Assembly (NCBI GenBank): GCA_022813965.1
Contig: JALDZS010000002.1
Coordinates: 62,001 to 126,000, forward strand
Direction of reading: 5' to 3'
DNA from: Toensbergia leucococca
Lineage: Eukaryota
Length of the DNA: 64,000 nucleotides
The position numbers and the translations under genes are program-made. The notes beneath the pieces were generated by a model that was not told the DNA's origin, did not search any database, and saw only the letters and a program-made list of their open reading frames with translations. Below are positions 1-12,099 of this stretch, in pieces (within the stretch, counting starts at the first letter, position 1; each line of letters opens with the position of its first letter).

Positions 1-1348
1 CTCTTGGTAATAGTGGTATGGATTAATGTCCTACGTACTGCGGGTGGAAACTAATCCCCCTTGCAGTCACAATACCACTTTCAAGTAGATGAAGAGGTAC
101 AAGCCTATAGGATAGTTGGTCTTGCAGTACGTTTATGTCTCGAATTGGGTCTGCATCGTCGAGAAAAATTTATGAGACACTTTCCCGATGAAGAAGAACG
201 TTCTTGGGCCGTCAAACTCTTCTGGTCTATCTATGTGCTCGATCACCGATTAAGTTTCGGTACCGGCATGCCGTTTGCCGTACAGGATGCTGATATTGAT
301 CCCTGGCTGCCTGAGCCTGTTCGTGCAACCAAGATTATAATGATGATTAGCAGAGAAGCTGATAAATCGACAGGACGACTCTTCACCATATCTGAAGGCC
401 ATGGTGAAATATGGTCGAATATCATCGAAAGTCTGGGGGTTCGTCACCAGATATGAAGGCACTGGCAATGAATTAAGAAAGGACGAGATGGAATACCTTG
501 ATTTTCAGATACAACAATGGCAAACATCCCTACCGGATCCCCTGAGATTCAGTCATTTCGAAAATGCGCGAGATACAGAAATTCCTAATCGTGCGATCCG
601 TCGCCTCCAGGTAATTCTTTATCTCCGGGCGAATAATATGCGAATATCTATCCATAGGCCTATGCTCCATTCAGCCACTAGCATTATGAAGAACAGACGC
701 TACGCCCAGGTGTCTGTAGAGGTTTCCAAAGACACTATTAGAGTACTAACACGCCTCAACCAAGCCACTAACATTTATCGTACTCAACAAATTTGCTTCA
801 ATTATTTTCTAGTCTCTGCTCTCGCTGTTCTTTTCCTTGCCGTGGCTCATGCGCCAATGGAATTTAATCGTCAAGTAAGAGATGAGTTTTACATGGCGCT
901 CGACCTCGTCAAGGGCTTTAGCACCAAATCTTACACATCGAAGCGATTATGGATGACTATCAGAGGCTTGAAGGAGGTCGCGCCAAAATTGGGCTTGGTA
1001 TCACGGCAAGGGCTGGCTGAAGTTGACGATCCACATTCATCAGCGGCTGTTGCCATGGCTGGTCTAGCAGGTCATCATGTTGATGAGCTAGCTGGTTTCC
1101 CACAACCTCAGATGCCAATGCAACTTGGCAACAGTCCGTTGAACGGGCAGCAAATGAGTCATGAGCTGACTAACCTCTTCGAGGCTGCGGGCGAGTATGG
1201 GAGTGTCTTGCCTCCAAGTTCGCAAGGGATGCCGGGGATGAACGGCTTCGTTGGTCCATCTGGGGAGCTGAGTCAAGGTTGCGAGGGTATGAGTGGGATG
1301 TTCGGGAATGAGGAGGAGTTCTCGATGATCATGCGAGATTTATTCTGA
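1..1348 (+). CDS. Fungal-specific transcription factor domain protein (Zn2Cys6-type middle homology region), 5'-truncated by the window
   Basis: Motif AYRIVGLAVRLCLELGLHR...LFWSIYVLDHRLSFGTGMPF is typical of the Fungal_trans domain. Introns at about 16-66 and 319-373 join ORFs 61..456 and 401..1348. Confidence 0.85.
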
Positions 1349-2139
1349 ATGTAGAGTATACCCACCTACTCTGTCAATCTGCTACGATATACCCTGAAAA
1401 TATATGAAGAGTAATATGAAATCAATCTACCCTTACCCCATGATACGGATATTCGTAAGCGACGCGGCTGTCTACCGCTCACTGGCGCAGCCCCACCAAC
1501 CAGACTGGCACTGGATGAGACTGCCCAAATCCAAGAACAATCTGCATGTTCGACTGTCAATTCAGAGTATATATTCTGCTCCTGTAAGCGTACCTGCCAT
1601 TCACGGCCGAGTCAACACACATAAGGTAGATATGTTACTTCACAAGGAACTCCCTCCCCCAGAAACTCATCACATGGACTGACTCGGCCTTGTTTACAGA
1701 GGAACTGAATACTGAAGACGCCCTTTCTAGAAGTCTGCCTGACTCATTGAAAAGGACAGGATATACAATGCGCCGATAATGTATCGTGCCAGCTGCGCCG
1801 TCTCCGTCAGCCTCCAACTCCCAAGGCAGCCACTCACCACCATTTCTCCAACTTCACTACCCTCTTTACTGTGGCATGTTTGAGCATTGCATCGAAGATA
1901 GTCCGTGCATCCCATTTAGTCAAAGCTTTAGTACCGTACCCGCTTTCAATCCCAGGCTTGCGACCTATAGGCGCACAGCCTCATCACAAAAATAAATTTC
2001 ATCCCGACCACGGCAACAAAACATCATCCTGTCTGCCACCGGGGAATCCTCCTTGATTGCTGGTCTTGAAGATTTGACCATTAACTCCCACGATATAAGT
2101 AGCTCCATCCTTTCCGCCTCGAGTCTCCCCGCCTCTGCA

Positions 2140-3333
2140 ATGTCCTCCTCCTCTGGTGCTCCCGAATCCTGGATTTCCTCCTTCTGTTCTCTTCTCGGTC
2201 ACGAATACTTCGCCGAAGTCTCTGAAGATTTTATCGAAGACGACTTCAATCTTACAGGCCTGCAGAATCAAGTGCCCATGTACAAAGAAGCATTGGAGAT
2301 GATCTTAGACGTTGAGCCGGAAGAAGATGAGGAGGACGAAGAAGACGAGGACGAGGAGGAAGACGAGGACGAGGAGGACGAAGATAACGACGTTGCCATG
2401 CGTGGCGAAGATGGTGAAAAATTGACCGACAGCTACAGGCGAGCGGGAGACCGTCGGCATATGCGGATGGCCAGTGACCTCAGCGTGATAGAAAGCTCTG
2501 CTGAACTCCTTTACGGCCTCATCCATCAAAGGTACATTACCTCTCGGCCTGGCATTCAACAAATGGCCGATAAATACGAGGCGCAACATTTCGGAACCTG
2601 CCCTCGAGTTTTCTGTAACAGCTCTAAAGTGCTTCCTGTAGGCTGCAACGACATTCCAGGTCAGGAGACTGTGAAGCTATTCTGCCCAAGCTGCCTAGAC
2701 GTCTACACTCCGCCCAACAGCCGCTTTCAGTCCGTCGATGGCGCTTTCTTCGGCACCACCTTTGGCTGCCTCTTCTTCATGACCTTCCCCGAATTCGACG
2801 TCTCCTCCAAAGGCGACCCCCTGAACCTCTCAACCACAAACCCCGTTTTCGGTGCTCCGCCCGTCACAACAGAGCCTAAATCCCGATCTTCATCCCTGAC
2901 CTCGAACGCCCTGCCTTCGATCTCCGCCGTGCCCACACCAGATGTCCTACCTCCGCCTTCAAACCAACCCGCCACCATTAATGGCACAACCCCTGCTAAC
3001 CTAGCCCCTGGCCTCGGCACCGGCAAAGTCCACGAATCACGTATCTACGGCTTCCGCGTCTCGGAGCGCTCAAAGACCGGCCCGCGCATGAGATGGTTAC
3101 GCATGCGACCGGCGGATGTGAACGACTTGGACGAAAGCAGGCGGTGGCGCGATGTACATGGTGGAGATGGGGAGGAGATTCCTGGCGTGGCGAACGGGCG
3201 GGAGGGAGGCGACGAGCAGGGGCAGGTTGCGAGGCGCAAGAAGGCGAGTTTGAGGACGAGGAGGAGGGTTGTTGTTGGGAGTGGTGGTGGTGGGGAAGTG
3301 GGGGGCACGAACGGGATTGGGGACGGGGGTTGA
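2140..3333 (+). CDS. CKB1: Casein kinase II regulatory beta subunit
   Basis: WISSFCSLLGHEYFAEVSEDFIEDDFNLTGL, an acidic loop, the zinc motif CPRVFC...CPSC and DGAFFGTTF. ATG at 2140. Confidence 0.96.
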   Translation: MSSSSGAPESWISSFCSLLGHEYFAEVSEDFIEDDFNLTGLQNQVPMYKEALEMILDVEPEEDEEDEEDEDEEEDEDEEDEDNDVAMRGEDGEKLTDSYRRAGDRRHMRMASDLSVIESSAELLYGLIHQRYITSRPGIQQMADKYEAQHFGTCPRVFCNSSKVLPVGCNDIPGQETVKLFCPSCLDVYTPPNSRFQSVDGAFFGTTFGCLFFMTFPEFDVSSKGDPLNLSTTNPVFGAPPVTTEPKSRSSSLTSNALPSISAVPTPDVLPPPSNQPATINGTTPANLAPGLGTGKVHESRIYGFRVSERSKTGPRMRWLRMRPADVNDLDESRRWRDVHGGDGEEIPGVANGREGGDEQGQVARRKKASLRTRRRVVVGSGGGGEVGGTNGIGDGG

Positions 3334-3724
3334 GCTTGGTATTTTATGCGGGAGGGGGAGAATGTGTGGGTGGAGGAGTTTGTGACTCTGTGAGGTGTGG
3401 GATGGATAGATACGTATATGCGAAACATGCCTCTTTTTTTCTCTCTCTGCTGCTGCGCCTTTCTTCTATCCCTCCCTCTTTCTCTCTCTGGTGTCGGTAT
3501 GGTGGGATCGGGAAGACGCGTACAGGGTATCGTATGAGAACTGTTTCTGGGCAAGTTTCAATTTGCTTGTCGGATGAAGAGGGCTTCATGGTGGGGGAAG
3601 ATAGTCAGTCCGGTAGCGTTGTGGGGATTTTTCTTTTGATGGATACACAAAACTCTTTTACTCCTGCGTTCTAGGTGAGTCATAAATTCGGCTCGATTGA
3701 GGCAGGTGAGCGAAGGGTGCCAGT

Positions 3725-3761
<37 letters not shown>
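3725..3761. repeat. Poly-G homopolymer (about 37 nt) in a G/T-rich low-complexity intergenic region
   Basis: Read directly from the sequence. Confidence 0.9.
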
Positions 3762-4863
3762 CGTTGGGCGTGTTGGGGCGTTCTTTGCCTTTTGTTTTTT
3801 TTTTCTCTCTCCCGGTTTTTTATTTGCCTTTGGAAGGAGAGGAAGAGCAGAGGTGGGTGTGGGAATTAGGTTTCCTATTTTGGGAACGGGAAATGGGGAA
3901 ATGAAAATCCAAGCCTTTTTTTCTGCGTGTGTGTTTCCGGCCTCGGGGCTTAATTTTTGATTTTGGGAGGGGCGGTTTGGTTTTGGGAATATGGGAGTTT
4001 TTCTTTTTCTTTTCTTTTTTTTCGAATGTTTTTCTTGAATGTTATTTGGGGGAGGGGGGCTTTGCGGGAACGAACGGGTTTGGTTCGGTCAGTTTTTTCT
4101 ATGCGCTTTCGTTTCTCTTTTTTTCTCGATGCTTTTTTTCGAGCTCTTTGCTCGATTTTTATCCTGGCGGTGCATTCGCTGACGGTACATCTCCCTTTCC
4201 CCCCTCTTTCCCCGATTTCTGGCCAGACAGAGAAGAGAAAGATCAGCTAGGCTTGAAGCATGGAGAGATGAGAGAGTTTTTTTCTTTTTTTTTTTTGGGA
4301 GGGGGGGGAGGGGGGAAGGGGGTGTGGTGTTTAGGGTTGGGGAGTGTGAGGATCAGAAGAGTACTGGTGTAATCGAATCAATTGCAAAACAAATAACGTA
4401 CCTATTTGCACGAACTTTTACAGAAGGATTATTCAATTGGTGGGTTCATGTGCAACAAAGCATGCCCTATGTACCTAACTTTGCGTCTGATTCTCGAGTA
4501 CCTTACCTACCTGTTCATTCTTTTGCTTGTGTCTCTTCTAGGGGGAATTACCTATATAAGTATTGACTCGGTGCTACCTATCCCCATCACATATAAATGT
4601 ATCGGTTCGAGAGGGCTTTTGGAATCTATCTACCTTGCTGAGTTATGCAACCTCCAGCAGCTGCTACGATACCGGGATGTCAACCTAGAGATGGTGCTGG
4701 ACTGATCTCTCGGGTGCGTGGTATGGTTGTCAGGGCGTTTTGGTGAGGCAGGATACTGGTGATTTCACTCAGACGGCAGGGTTCTGGGCGTTTTATCTCT
4801 GCTCGAACAAGCTGTACATGGCTCTACAGAGCAAGATCATGCTAGATAGCAAGGTTTTACTAG

Positions 4864-6156
4864 CTATTCAAAACTATGACTAATTTCTATGAAAGCATTC
4901 AAGGATGCTAATGCTTCTCCGCTTTCTACTGCCCATCTAGCTCTACGAATGCCCTCTTTCCATCTCAAACCGCCAGGACCTGTCTCATGGATCACTTCAC
5001 CGTTGTCCCCACGTCCCATGTCGCTTGTGTCCGCATCACAGATACCTGCAATAACAAAAAGTGCGGCTGTATTCAACAGCACAAAGTGCAGCACTGGATC
5101 ATCCCGGGGTAGCTCGTTCTCAAGTAGTTTTATTAAAGTTGCGGCGTTTTCTTTTGGTGATCTGCCTGGCGAGACTTCAGACAAGGCATGGACCGGGAGG
5201 CCAAAGTCAGAAGGTTCTAGCTCAAACTCCTCAATCTCTACCAACGTCCTCGGCGCGGCCTCGTCGTCGCTGGTGGTGTATTCCTCGTCTTCCTCATTTG
5301 TCGAGCCACGGAATGCAGGATTTGGCCGCTCAACAAGCCTCCAGCAATATGTCTTGCCGGCACAGCTAATTTCATCGAGGTCTTCTGCTCCACAGACTAC
5401 CATTGCTTTCCTTGCGCCGGCCAAACGCAGGGCTTCGGCGAAGACTGGACCAAGGTCTCGCTGTGCGACGCCGACAACTCGAGCTTCAATTGTACCCCCG
5501 ACTGGATTAGCAAGCGGCCCGAGAAGATTGAAGATGGTCCTGAAACCGAGATCCTTTCGTATCGAAGCTACGTGTCTCATTCCCGGGTGAAATTTGGGTG
5601 CAAACAAAAATGCGTAGCTGGTCTTTTCGTAGACATGGTGTAATGTCGCTGCATTAATTGCTTCGATATTGGGGGGTTTGGGTTGTATGGATTGTAGTAG
5701 ATCTGCAGAGCCTGACATAGATGAGGAAGCACGATTCCCATGTTTACTGAGAAGTAAGAGAGATGAGCCTAGAATGGATGAAGTAGTGGAGACATTGAAA
5801 GTCGAATGCCCATCCCCTCCAGTCCCCACAATATCACAGAGTCCTCCGCTATAAGTACCTTCTTTTCGCCCCCGTCTTCGGACTATCTCTCGAAGATCTC
5901 TTCGGTCTACCTGTGCTGCTGCGTCTCTCATGCTCCCAGCGCATTTTGCAATGACTAGAGGCTCGAGATCTCTTTTCAAGGAATGTAGTATAGCAAGTAA
6001 AGCTGAACATTGAACAGCAGATAGGCGGTTATCAAATATTAATGCTATTGCTGAAGCAATTTCATCCGCAGTGACAGATTCATTTCTTGGTCCAGCCAAT
6101 GCACTAAGTAAAGGAGATATTGAGACAATCCGAGGGCCGTCTGCATCTTCAGGCAT
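4864..6156 (-). CDS. TRP4: Anthranilate phosphoribosyltransferase
   Basis: DIVGTGGDGHSTFNVST, KHGNRASSSMSGSAD and FRTIFNLLGPLANP motifs in a 430-aa single-exon ORF. Confidence 0.96.
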   Translation of the reverse strand: MPEDADGPRIVSISPLLSALAGPRNESVTADEIASAIALIFDNRLSAVQCSALLAILHSLKRDLEPLVIAKCAGSMRDAAAQVDRRDLREIVRRRGRKEGTYSGGLCDIVGTGGDGHSTFNVSTTSSILGSSLLLLSKHGNRASSSMSGSADLLQSIQPKPPNIEAINAATLHHVYEKTSYAFLFAPKFHPGMRHVASIRKDLGFRTIFNLLGPLANPVGGTIEARVVGVAQRDLGPVFAEALRLAGARKAMVVCGAEDLDEISCAGKTYCWRLVERPNPAFRGSTNEEDEEYTTSDDEAAPRTLVEIEEFELEPSDFGLPVHALSEVSPGRSPKENAATLIKLLENELPRDDPVLHFVLLNTAALFVIAGICDADTSDMGRGDNGEVIHETGPGGLRWKEGIRRARWAVESGEALASLNAFIEISHSFE

Positions 6157-6505
6157 AGTGTTTATATTCTAGCCCTGACTGAGAACTGTACGATAGTGGA
6201 TGGTTTGTTAACGGGCACGAGTCATTTCTGAGCTTTGACGATGAAGTTTTATGCTGTTTCGATGTCGAAACCTTGTCAGATCGAGGATATATTGAGGCCT
6301 TGATGGAGATTGTATTAATAAAGCTGGGAACCGGGAGATTAATTACGGTAGTACACTTTTTAAATACCTTGGAATTGGCTTGTCAAATATCGGCTTCAAG
6401 TCACCTATGCCGTCTAAAGCAATCGATTCATTTTCGGATTGTTGGTGTGTCTTGTTTGCCCGATGACTTTGTAGGACGCATGACTAACAATGCTTCACCA
6501 GATCT

Positions 6506-7561
6506 ATGCATCCTCGGGTTCGTCGATGTCCAGAATGCCTTCGCGCAATACTTCTCGAAGTACATCGAGTTCCCCTATCGGCATGCAGATACGTTTCGAC
6601 AGCAACAGCAATCGCCCCAGCACCGTCGATTGAGCGTCTAACGACCTCCAACCCTCCCATTGCAAGATACCCGCCTCTACAACCGCCATCTCACAAGCCC
6701 CCCGAATATCGGAAATCCCAACTGCATCGACAGTATACCTCCCTCCTCCGCTCAACACCGTTGATGCTTTTCTTCCAACACAGCAATCTTAAGTCCGTAG
6801 AATGGATGGGCATTAGGCGGGAATTGGCAGAGGCTATCCGAAAGGTGGATGAAGCAGCAGCGACGGCGGGCGGCCAAGACAATACTATTGCGGATGGTAT
6901 CAAAGTCCAGATTATACAAACAAGTATTTTTGCGGCTGCTTTGCGTGTCGTCGAATACTTTCGGCCGGAATTGCAACCCAAGGCAACCTCACCATCTTCC
7001 TCAGATCCATCAACACAGTCTTCGGCAGTTTTTTCGAATAATCTCCCTACGCCTGATGATCCGACATTCACGCACGGACTCTCACGGGCCGCTCACGACG
7101 CTGTAGATGACAAAAAGCTAGCCCATGGACTGGCGCCCCTGCTATCTGGTCCGCTTTTCCTAGTAACATTTCCAACTGTATCGCCGCAGCACATGAAAGC
7201 AGTGCTTTCAATCTTGTCACCGAGTGCTCCAGAATTTCCAGCGCCCACACGGCGTGCAAATCCAGGTTATCACGATGTCACAGTCCAAAGTGGTTTACAG
7301 AAGCTGATGCTGCTCGGAGCAAGAATTGAGGGTAAGGTATTTGATCTCGAGGGTACTAAATGGGTAGGGAGCATAGAAGGCGGCTTAGATGGATTGAGGG
7401 GAACATTGGTGGCGATGCTGCAAGGTATTGGATCAAATATTACGAACACGTTAGAAAGTGCTGGAAAGAGTCTTTACTTTACCATGGAGAGCAGACGAAG
7501 TATGCTGGAGGACGAGCAGAAAGGGGCAGCAGAGGAGAATAAGAGAGGTAAGGCATCATGA
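6506..7561 (+). CDS. MRPL11: Mitochondrial large ribosomal subunit protein uL10m (L10-like); a short upstream exon is possible
   Basis: Arg-rich presequence, QPPSHKPPEYRKSQLHRQY, and LLGARIEGKVFD...GGLDGLRGTLV resemble fungal mitochondrial L10. Divergent from TRP4. Confidence 0.75.
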   Translation: MHPRVRRCPECLRAILLEVHRVPLSACRYVSTATAIAPAPSIERLTTSNPPIARYPPLQPPSHKPPEYRKSQLHRQYTSLLRSTPLMLFFQHSNLKSVEWMGIRRELAEAIRKVDEAAATAGGQDNTIADGIKVQIIQTSIFAAALRVVEYFRPELQPKATSPSSSDPSTQSSAVFSNNLPTPDDPTFTHGLSRAAHDAVDDKKLAHGLAPLLSGPLFLVTFPTVSPQHMKAVLSILSPSAPEFPAPTRRANPGYHDVTVQSGLQKLMLLGARIEGKVFDLEGTKWVGSIEGGLDGLRGTLVAMLQGIGSNITNTLESAGKSLYFTMESRRSMLEDEQKGAAEENKRGKAS

Positions 7562-7834
7562 CCACAAAAGAACTATGTAAATCAGTATACATTCTGCGAG
7601 AGCCCAGTGATAAACCACATAGCGCGATTTACCAGCATTCAGAACTGTACATGTACAAATAGCTAAATATCTGTATATGCACAAAATGGTCACAACATAT
7701 GTTATTTTCAAACCCATGAAAACACTTCCATATCAATACATTTGATTTTGAAAGGTACCTAGAAAACAATAACCAAATTTGATATAAATTGTGGGTAGCC
7801 AGGGAAAAGACATGGCAAAATGGTCAAAAGAAAT

Positions 7835-7906
7835 TAGCAACAGTAGGTTTCGATCCTACGTCCTCCGGGTTATGAGCCCGGCGCGCTTCCACTGCGCCAT
7901 GTTGCT
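7835..7906 (-). tRNA. tRNA-iMet: Initiator tRNA-Met (CAT), no intron
   Basis: Reverse complement AGCAACATGGCGCAGTGGAAGCGCGCCGGGCTCATAACCCGGAGGACGTAGGATCGAAACCTACTGTTGCTA folds as a cloverleaf. It has A1-U72, GGG/CCC in the anticodon stem and a GATCGAAA T-loop (A54), followed by T-runs. Confidence 0.97.
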
Positions 7907-8320
7907 TGAATGATTTCCGATTTCCTATTTAAATATCGATTTTTTTACCTTTGGCCGTCAAGCACAATCGAATGCAGGTCTTCGTTCCATCGGGTATAAA
8001 GGTGGAACCTTTCGTGGGGAGGATTCGGATGAAATGACGAAATGACCATACCTTGGCACGATTAGAACTACACTAAATGAAGGCTTTATGACCAAGAGAG
8101 ACAGCACCCTTCTTACGGACGTATCAACTATTCACACAGACCATTGCTCACTCTCTTGATTTCGGACGCAGCTGAAATGCATGAAACCTGATTCAAGGTC
8201 CTTACCGGGCAAATGAGAGTCTAGCATGTGCTAAAGCCTTCTCCATGTTCGATAACATTGATGAAAAAGAATGCCATGTCCTACTTCTCCTGGTTCTCAA
8301 ATTCCCCCCAACTCCCAAAA

Positions 8321-9739
8321 ATGGCTTCTCCACCTGTGACAATCCGCAATCTCACCTCGAACCCAATTGAGCTTCAGCGACTGGAATGGTTCAAGAACCT
8401 ATCCAGCTCCCATGGCCTTCAATCTAAGAATTTCACGAGCCTTATGAGCAACTCAAATGCACCTTCAGCTCCTCGAGTGGCAGAAAATGCTGAGAGCTTT
8501 AGCCATCAAGACGTTTCACTACGAATTGGACCTTTCCAGGCTGTCCAGACCGATTTCAAGGCCGCTGAGCATCCAGACGAGACGCTACGTCTGACGTTCG
8601 GTACAGATGGCGAGCGTCATCGCCTTGACACGCCGTGTCCGAGTTCCGAATCAACCGTCTTGACCCCGTTGAATCCGAATCCACGCTTCAATTATACTGC
8701 TATATACCTCAAGTCATCTTCCCATCTGACTCTTTATTCATCGGCAAGCCTTCCGTCCTGGATGAGCAAGCTAAAGGATGAGACTCCTTTATCTGCACTA
8801 TCCATCCCGGGTACTCACAATTCGCCGACATGTCATCGGGCCCTCCCTTCAGTCCGTTGTCAAGCCGTTCCTCCCAGAGTACAACTTGAGAATGGGGTTC
8901 GCTTCTTTGACATTCGCGTTCAGCCTGAAACGCCTGAGGATCTCACCAAAGACCGCCTTATCCTGGTACACAGTGTGTTCCCTGTCTCCCTCACTGGCAA
9001 CAAGTACTTCCGGGACCTTGTCAACGAAGTCTTTAACTTTCTGGACCAAAATCCCAGTGAAACGGTCATCATGTCCGTAAAGCGCGAGGGCACCGGAGAT
9101 GCGACCGATGCCCAGCTCAGCCGCATACTTAGGGATCATTATGCCGGCGATGTTAATCATTGGTTCACCGCACCACGGATCCCCACCCTCGGCGAAGCCA
9201 GGCAAAAAATTGTACTCGTACGACGGTTCGCTTTGGAAGAAGGTCTGAAGCAGGAATGGGAGGGCGCTGGATGGTGCATTAACGCTGAGACGTGGGCTGA
9301 CAATACTCCCAACAACACGTGCCCCAGCGGCGATGTCTGTGTCCAGGATTTTTATGAAGTCATGGAAACAGAGAACATTGAAAAGAAAATCAAATACTGC
9401 CAGGATCAACTGGAGCGCGCAGCGCAATGCGTCTGCTTCCTACCAGGCATGAGTGCCGAGAGCGCCGCGCCGCCACCCAAGCAGCCCTTTTACGTCAACT
9501 TCCTCAGCGCGAGCAATTTCTGGAAAGTCGATTGCTGGCCCGAGGCCATTGCTGCGAAATTGAACCCCGCGATGGTGGATTTTCTATGCCGGAAACACAA
9601 TGAGACGGAAGGCACTGGGGGAGATGGGAGCACGGGTATTGTGGTGTGTGATTGGGTGGGTAAAGATGGGAACTGGGATCTAGTGCGATGTATTGTGGGC
9701 ATGAACGCTAAGCTGGAGTTGAGAGAAGATGCTGCTTAG
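8321..9739 (+). CDS. Phosphatidylinositol-specific phospholipase C, X domain (bacterial-like PI-PLC)
   Basis: LSALSIPGTHNS...CQ...QLENGVRFFDIR, SETVIMSVKRE and GIVVCDWV motifs. Start taken at aaaaATGG (8321); upstream in-frame ATGs exist. Confidence 0.9.
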   Translation: MASPPVTIRNLTSNPIELQRLEWFKNLSSSHGLQSKNFTSLMSNSNAPSAPRVAENAESFSHQDVSLRIGPFQAVQTDFKAAEHPDETLRLTFGTDGERHRLDTPCPSSESTVLTPLNPNPRFNYTAIYLKSSSHLTLYSSASLPSWMSKLKDETPLSALSIPGTHNSPTCHRALPSVRCQAVPPRVQLENGVRFFDIRVQPETPEDLTKDRLILVHSVFPVSLTGNKYFRDLVNEVFNFLDQNPSETVIMSVKREGTGDATDAQLSRILRDHYAGDVNHWFTAPRIPTLGEARQKIVLVRRFALEEGLKQEWEGAGWCINAETWADNTPNNTCPSGDVCVQDFYEVMETENIEKKIKYCQDQLERAAQCVCFLPGMSAESAAPPPKQPFYVNFLSASNFWKVDCWPEAIAAKLNPAMVDFLCRKHNETEGTGGDGSTGIVVCDWVGKDGNWDLVRCIVGMNAKLELREDAA

Positions 9740-10048
9740 ACGCCCGTTTTTGTAACGTTGACGAAGTAATGACTAGCCACTGGGAAGGCGAAGAAGTCAG
9801 CTTCAGGGCAGGGGAAACACGGGGAAGCAAGTGTTAGCAAACAAGGAAAAGACAACTACCCTGACTACGCCATAGCAGGACACGGCAAAACACTAGACCA
9901 CTCAGAAGCAACATAACACACGATCAGCACCGCGGCGGACGAGACAAACCCGCCAGCTCATCCTACACCCAAGCGGCCACCGTTAAATAGCTACCACCCG
10001 ATCCCAAGCCATGGCATCAGCTCAAGTTCCAACCACAACGACCCTCAA

Positions 10049-10471
10049 ATGGCCTCCAAATCCGAACAAGAACACCGTCTCCCATCCCATCCGCTCCAAG
10101 CTCCTCCCCTAGCCGTGGACCCCTCACCTGCTTCCCATCCTCAACGCTGCAATGTTATCCAACCACTTCCCCCCTCCCCTGCTTCCTCCGCCCTCACCCC
10201 ACCAACCCGACACACCCGACCTCATCCACCTTCCCCCGATCCTATAATCTTCCTCATGGGCGCAATATGCGGCATCCTGGCCGCAACAATCTGGTCGTTC
10301 CTATTTCCCATAGTCAGGAAGTGGATCTTGGACATCGCTGGCCGTGTCGCAATTGTGTGTCTTGTGATCGTCTCCCCGGTTGTGTTCTGGGCGATTGGTT
10401 CTTGGAAGGAGGCTGTGTTGAGGGTGGCGGACAGTGTGGTGGCTGCTGGGGGAGCGGAGCGGGGAGCTTGA
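10049..10471 (+). CDS. Hypothetical small membrane protein (Pro-rich N-terminus, two hydrophobic segments)
   Basis: 140-aa ORF with good start context (caaATGG) and two TM-like stretches. No recognisable family. Confidence 0.5.
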   Translation: MASKSEQEHRLPSHPLQAPPLAVDPSPASHPQRCNVIQPLPPSPASSALTPPTRHTRPHPPSPDPIIFLMGAICGILAATIWSFLFPIVRKWILDIAGRVAIVCLVIVSPVVFWAIGSWKEAVLRVADSVVAAGGAERGA

Positions 10472-10961
10472 GGCGGGTCTTATGGCGGTTGTGTGAAGAA
10501 TGATGTGGCAGATAGTACTCTTGTGTATGAAAGTGTTCGCCAGCGTGTGGTGTTGGGCACTTCTTCGCGTCAGAAGTAGAATTTTGTCTGCTGGACTTGA
10601 TGATGATACAAAATCAATGGATTGCACACAAATTGCGGAAAATTAGGCCCCCCAGAATCTGTAAATGCCGCTGTCAGCATTTAGTATCAGCGCTCATTAT
10701 CATATCAGACAGGTTCTAGTGTCTGCAAAGGCTTCCTAGATAAGAAGGGAGAGAGTCAGGAAAATCGCTCCTGTTTGTTGGATAATGCTGCTCCCATGTT
10801 GAGACTCCCCTTTGTACAACAGGTTCGTGTCCTTTGGACAGAGTATCCTACAACGTCCTTCCAAAGCTTAGGTAGGTACTACAAGTTTCACACCCCGATC
10901 CAACATCCTCCAAAGCTCTCTACCAGCTCCCACACATCCCCGTCCTCAACAAACACAAAAC

Positions 10962-12099
10962 TCAAGGCAAGCCCCTCCCTGAATTGACCGCTTTCGCAAG
11001 CTCGCTCGTATCAGGTCGATTCTCTATCAAAACCATCAGTTAACACTTCTCCGTCTAAGACTATGCCCCACAACCCCTAACCCCCCCCCCCAAAAAAGAA
11101 ATCAGTCAAAACTCACCAGCATACCTCTCATAGCTATCCAAATATAGCTCGTCCGAACTAGTCGTCGCCCTGACCTCCTCGCACCTCTCCACCGCCTCAA
11201 TCCACTTCTTCCATCGACTGCCCTCCTCCGCCTCAGGCCAGCCGCGATACGGGCCTAGCACGCGTCGCATGCGTAGCATCCATGGCGCTAGCTGGATGTC
11301 GACAAAGGAGATGGTGGCGCCGAGGAAGAATGGTCCGGCGGGATGCGCAGCGTCGACAAGTTTGGAGATTTCGGTTTTGAGCTCGGTGGTGTGGATAAGT
11401 TGGGAGGAGGGGTCTTGCGATTGCAGGTAGCGGTAGAAGGTAGGGGTGATGTGACGGTTGATCTAGGGGGGGGTATTGGGTTTAATTTGATTCGGATGGT
11501 TGAGCTTGGGGAGGGAGGGATGGGATGAATGAACTGGGGAGTGGGTGAAAGTGATGATTGTTGAATCATGTTGGTAGGAGGGGTACGTACGTGATCGGAC
11601 CAGAGACGGCAGTGGGCACGAGCTTTGGGGTCATTGGGGGGGAGGAGGGGATTTCCGAGGTTTAGGTCCTCGAGCTGGGTTCCATTGAATTAGTGGTGTT
11701 ATCCTAAAGTGAATAGGTAGGCTAGTTTACGTATTCCATCAGTACAGTGCTTTCATAGCAGCCCCAATCACCATGTCGTAGTGCAGGGACAAGACCCCGC
11801 GGGTTGATTTCTAGCAATGATTCTGGCTTCTTGTACGGATCGACCTCAACGTACTGGTAATTCAAGCCCTTGGCTTCGAGCGCAATCCATACCCTCTGCA
11901 CGAATGGACTGACATCGCAGGATAGGAGTTAGCGGATCGATGGCTGGAGGTCATGCAAGAGAGTTGTTGGGCCTTACCAAAAACAACTACCGAATAGCTT
12001 CAACTCATGGTCTTTGGAGTGCTTCTTCACCGTGTTAAGGGCTGCTCCAGTGGCTTTCTTGTGATAAGTTTTCTGTCCAGAATGTTGATTGTCAGACAT
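10962..12099 (-). CDS. Glutathione S-transferase, omega-like (C-P-F active site); short isoform starting MSDNQHSGQ
   Basis: Not in the ORF track. Five exons assembled by hand: KTYHKKATG...GSCF|CPFVQRVWIALEAKG...INPRGLVPAL...YESTVLMEY|LEDL...|...GPFFLGATISFVDIQLAPW...YLDSYERYA|ENRP...GRGLP*. All introns are GT-AG. Confidence 0.9.

Noticed and set aside
3725..3761. G37 run as a G-quadruplex element or a poly-Gly ORF
   Set aside because: It lies in low-complexity G/T-rich intergenic DNA, the overlapping ORFs are compositional artefacts, and the run length may be a sequencing or assembly artefact.
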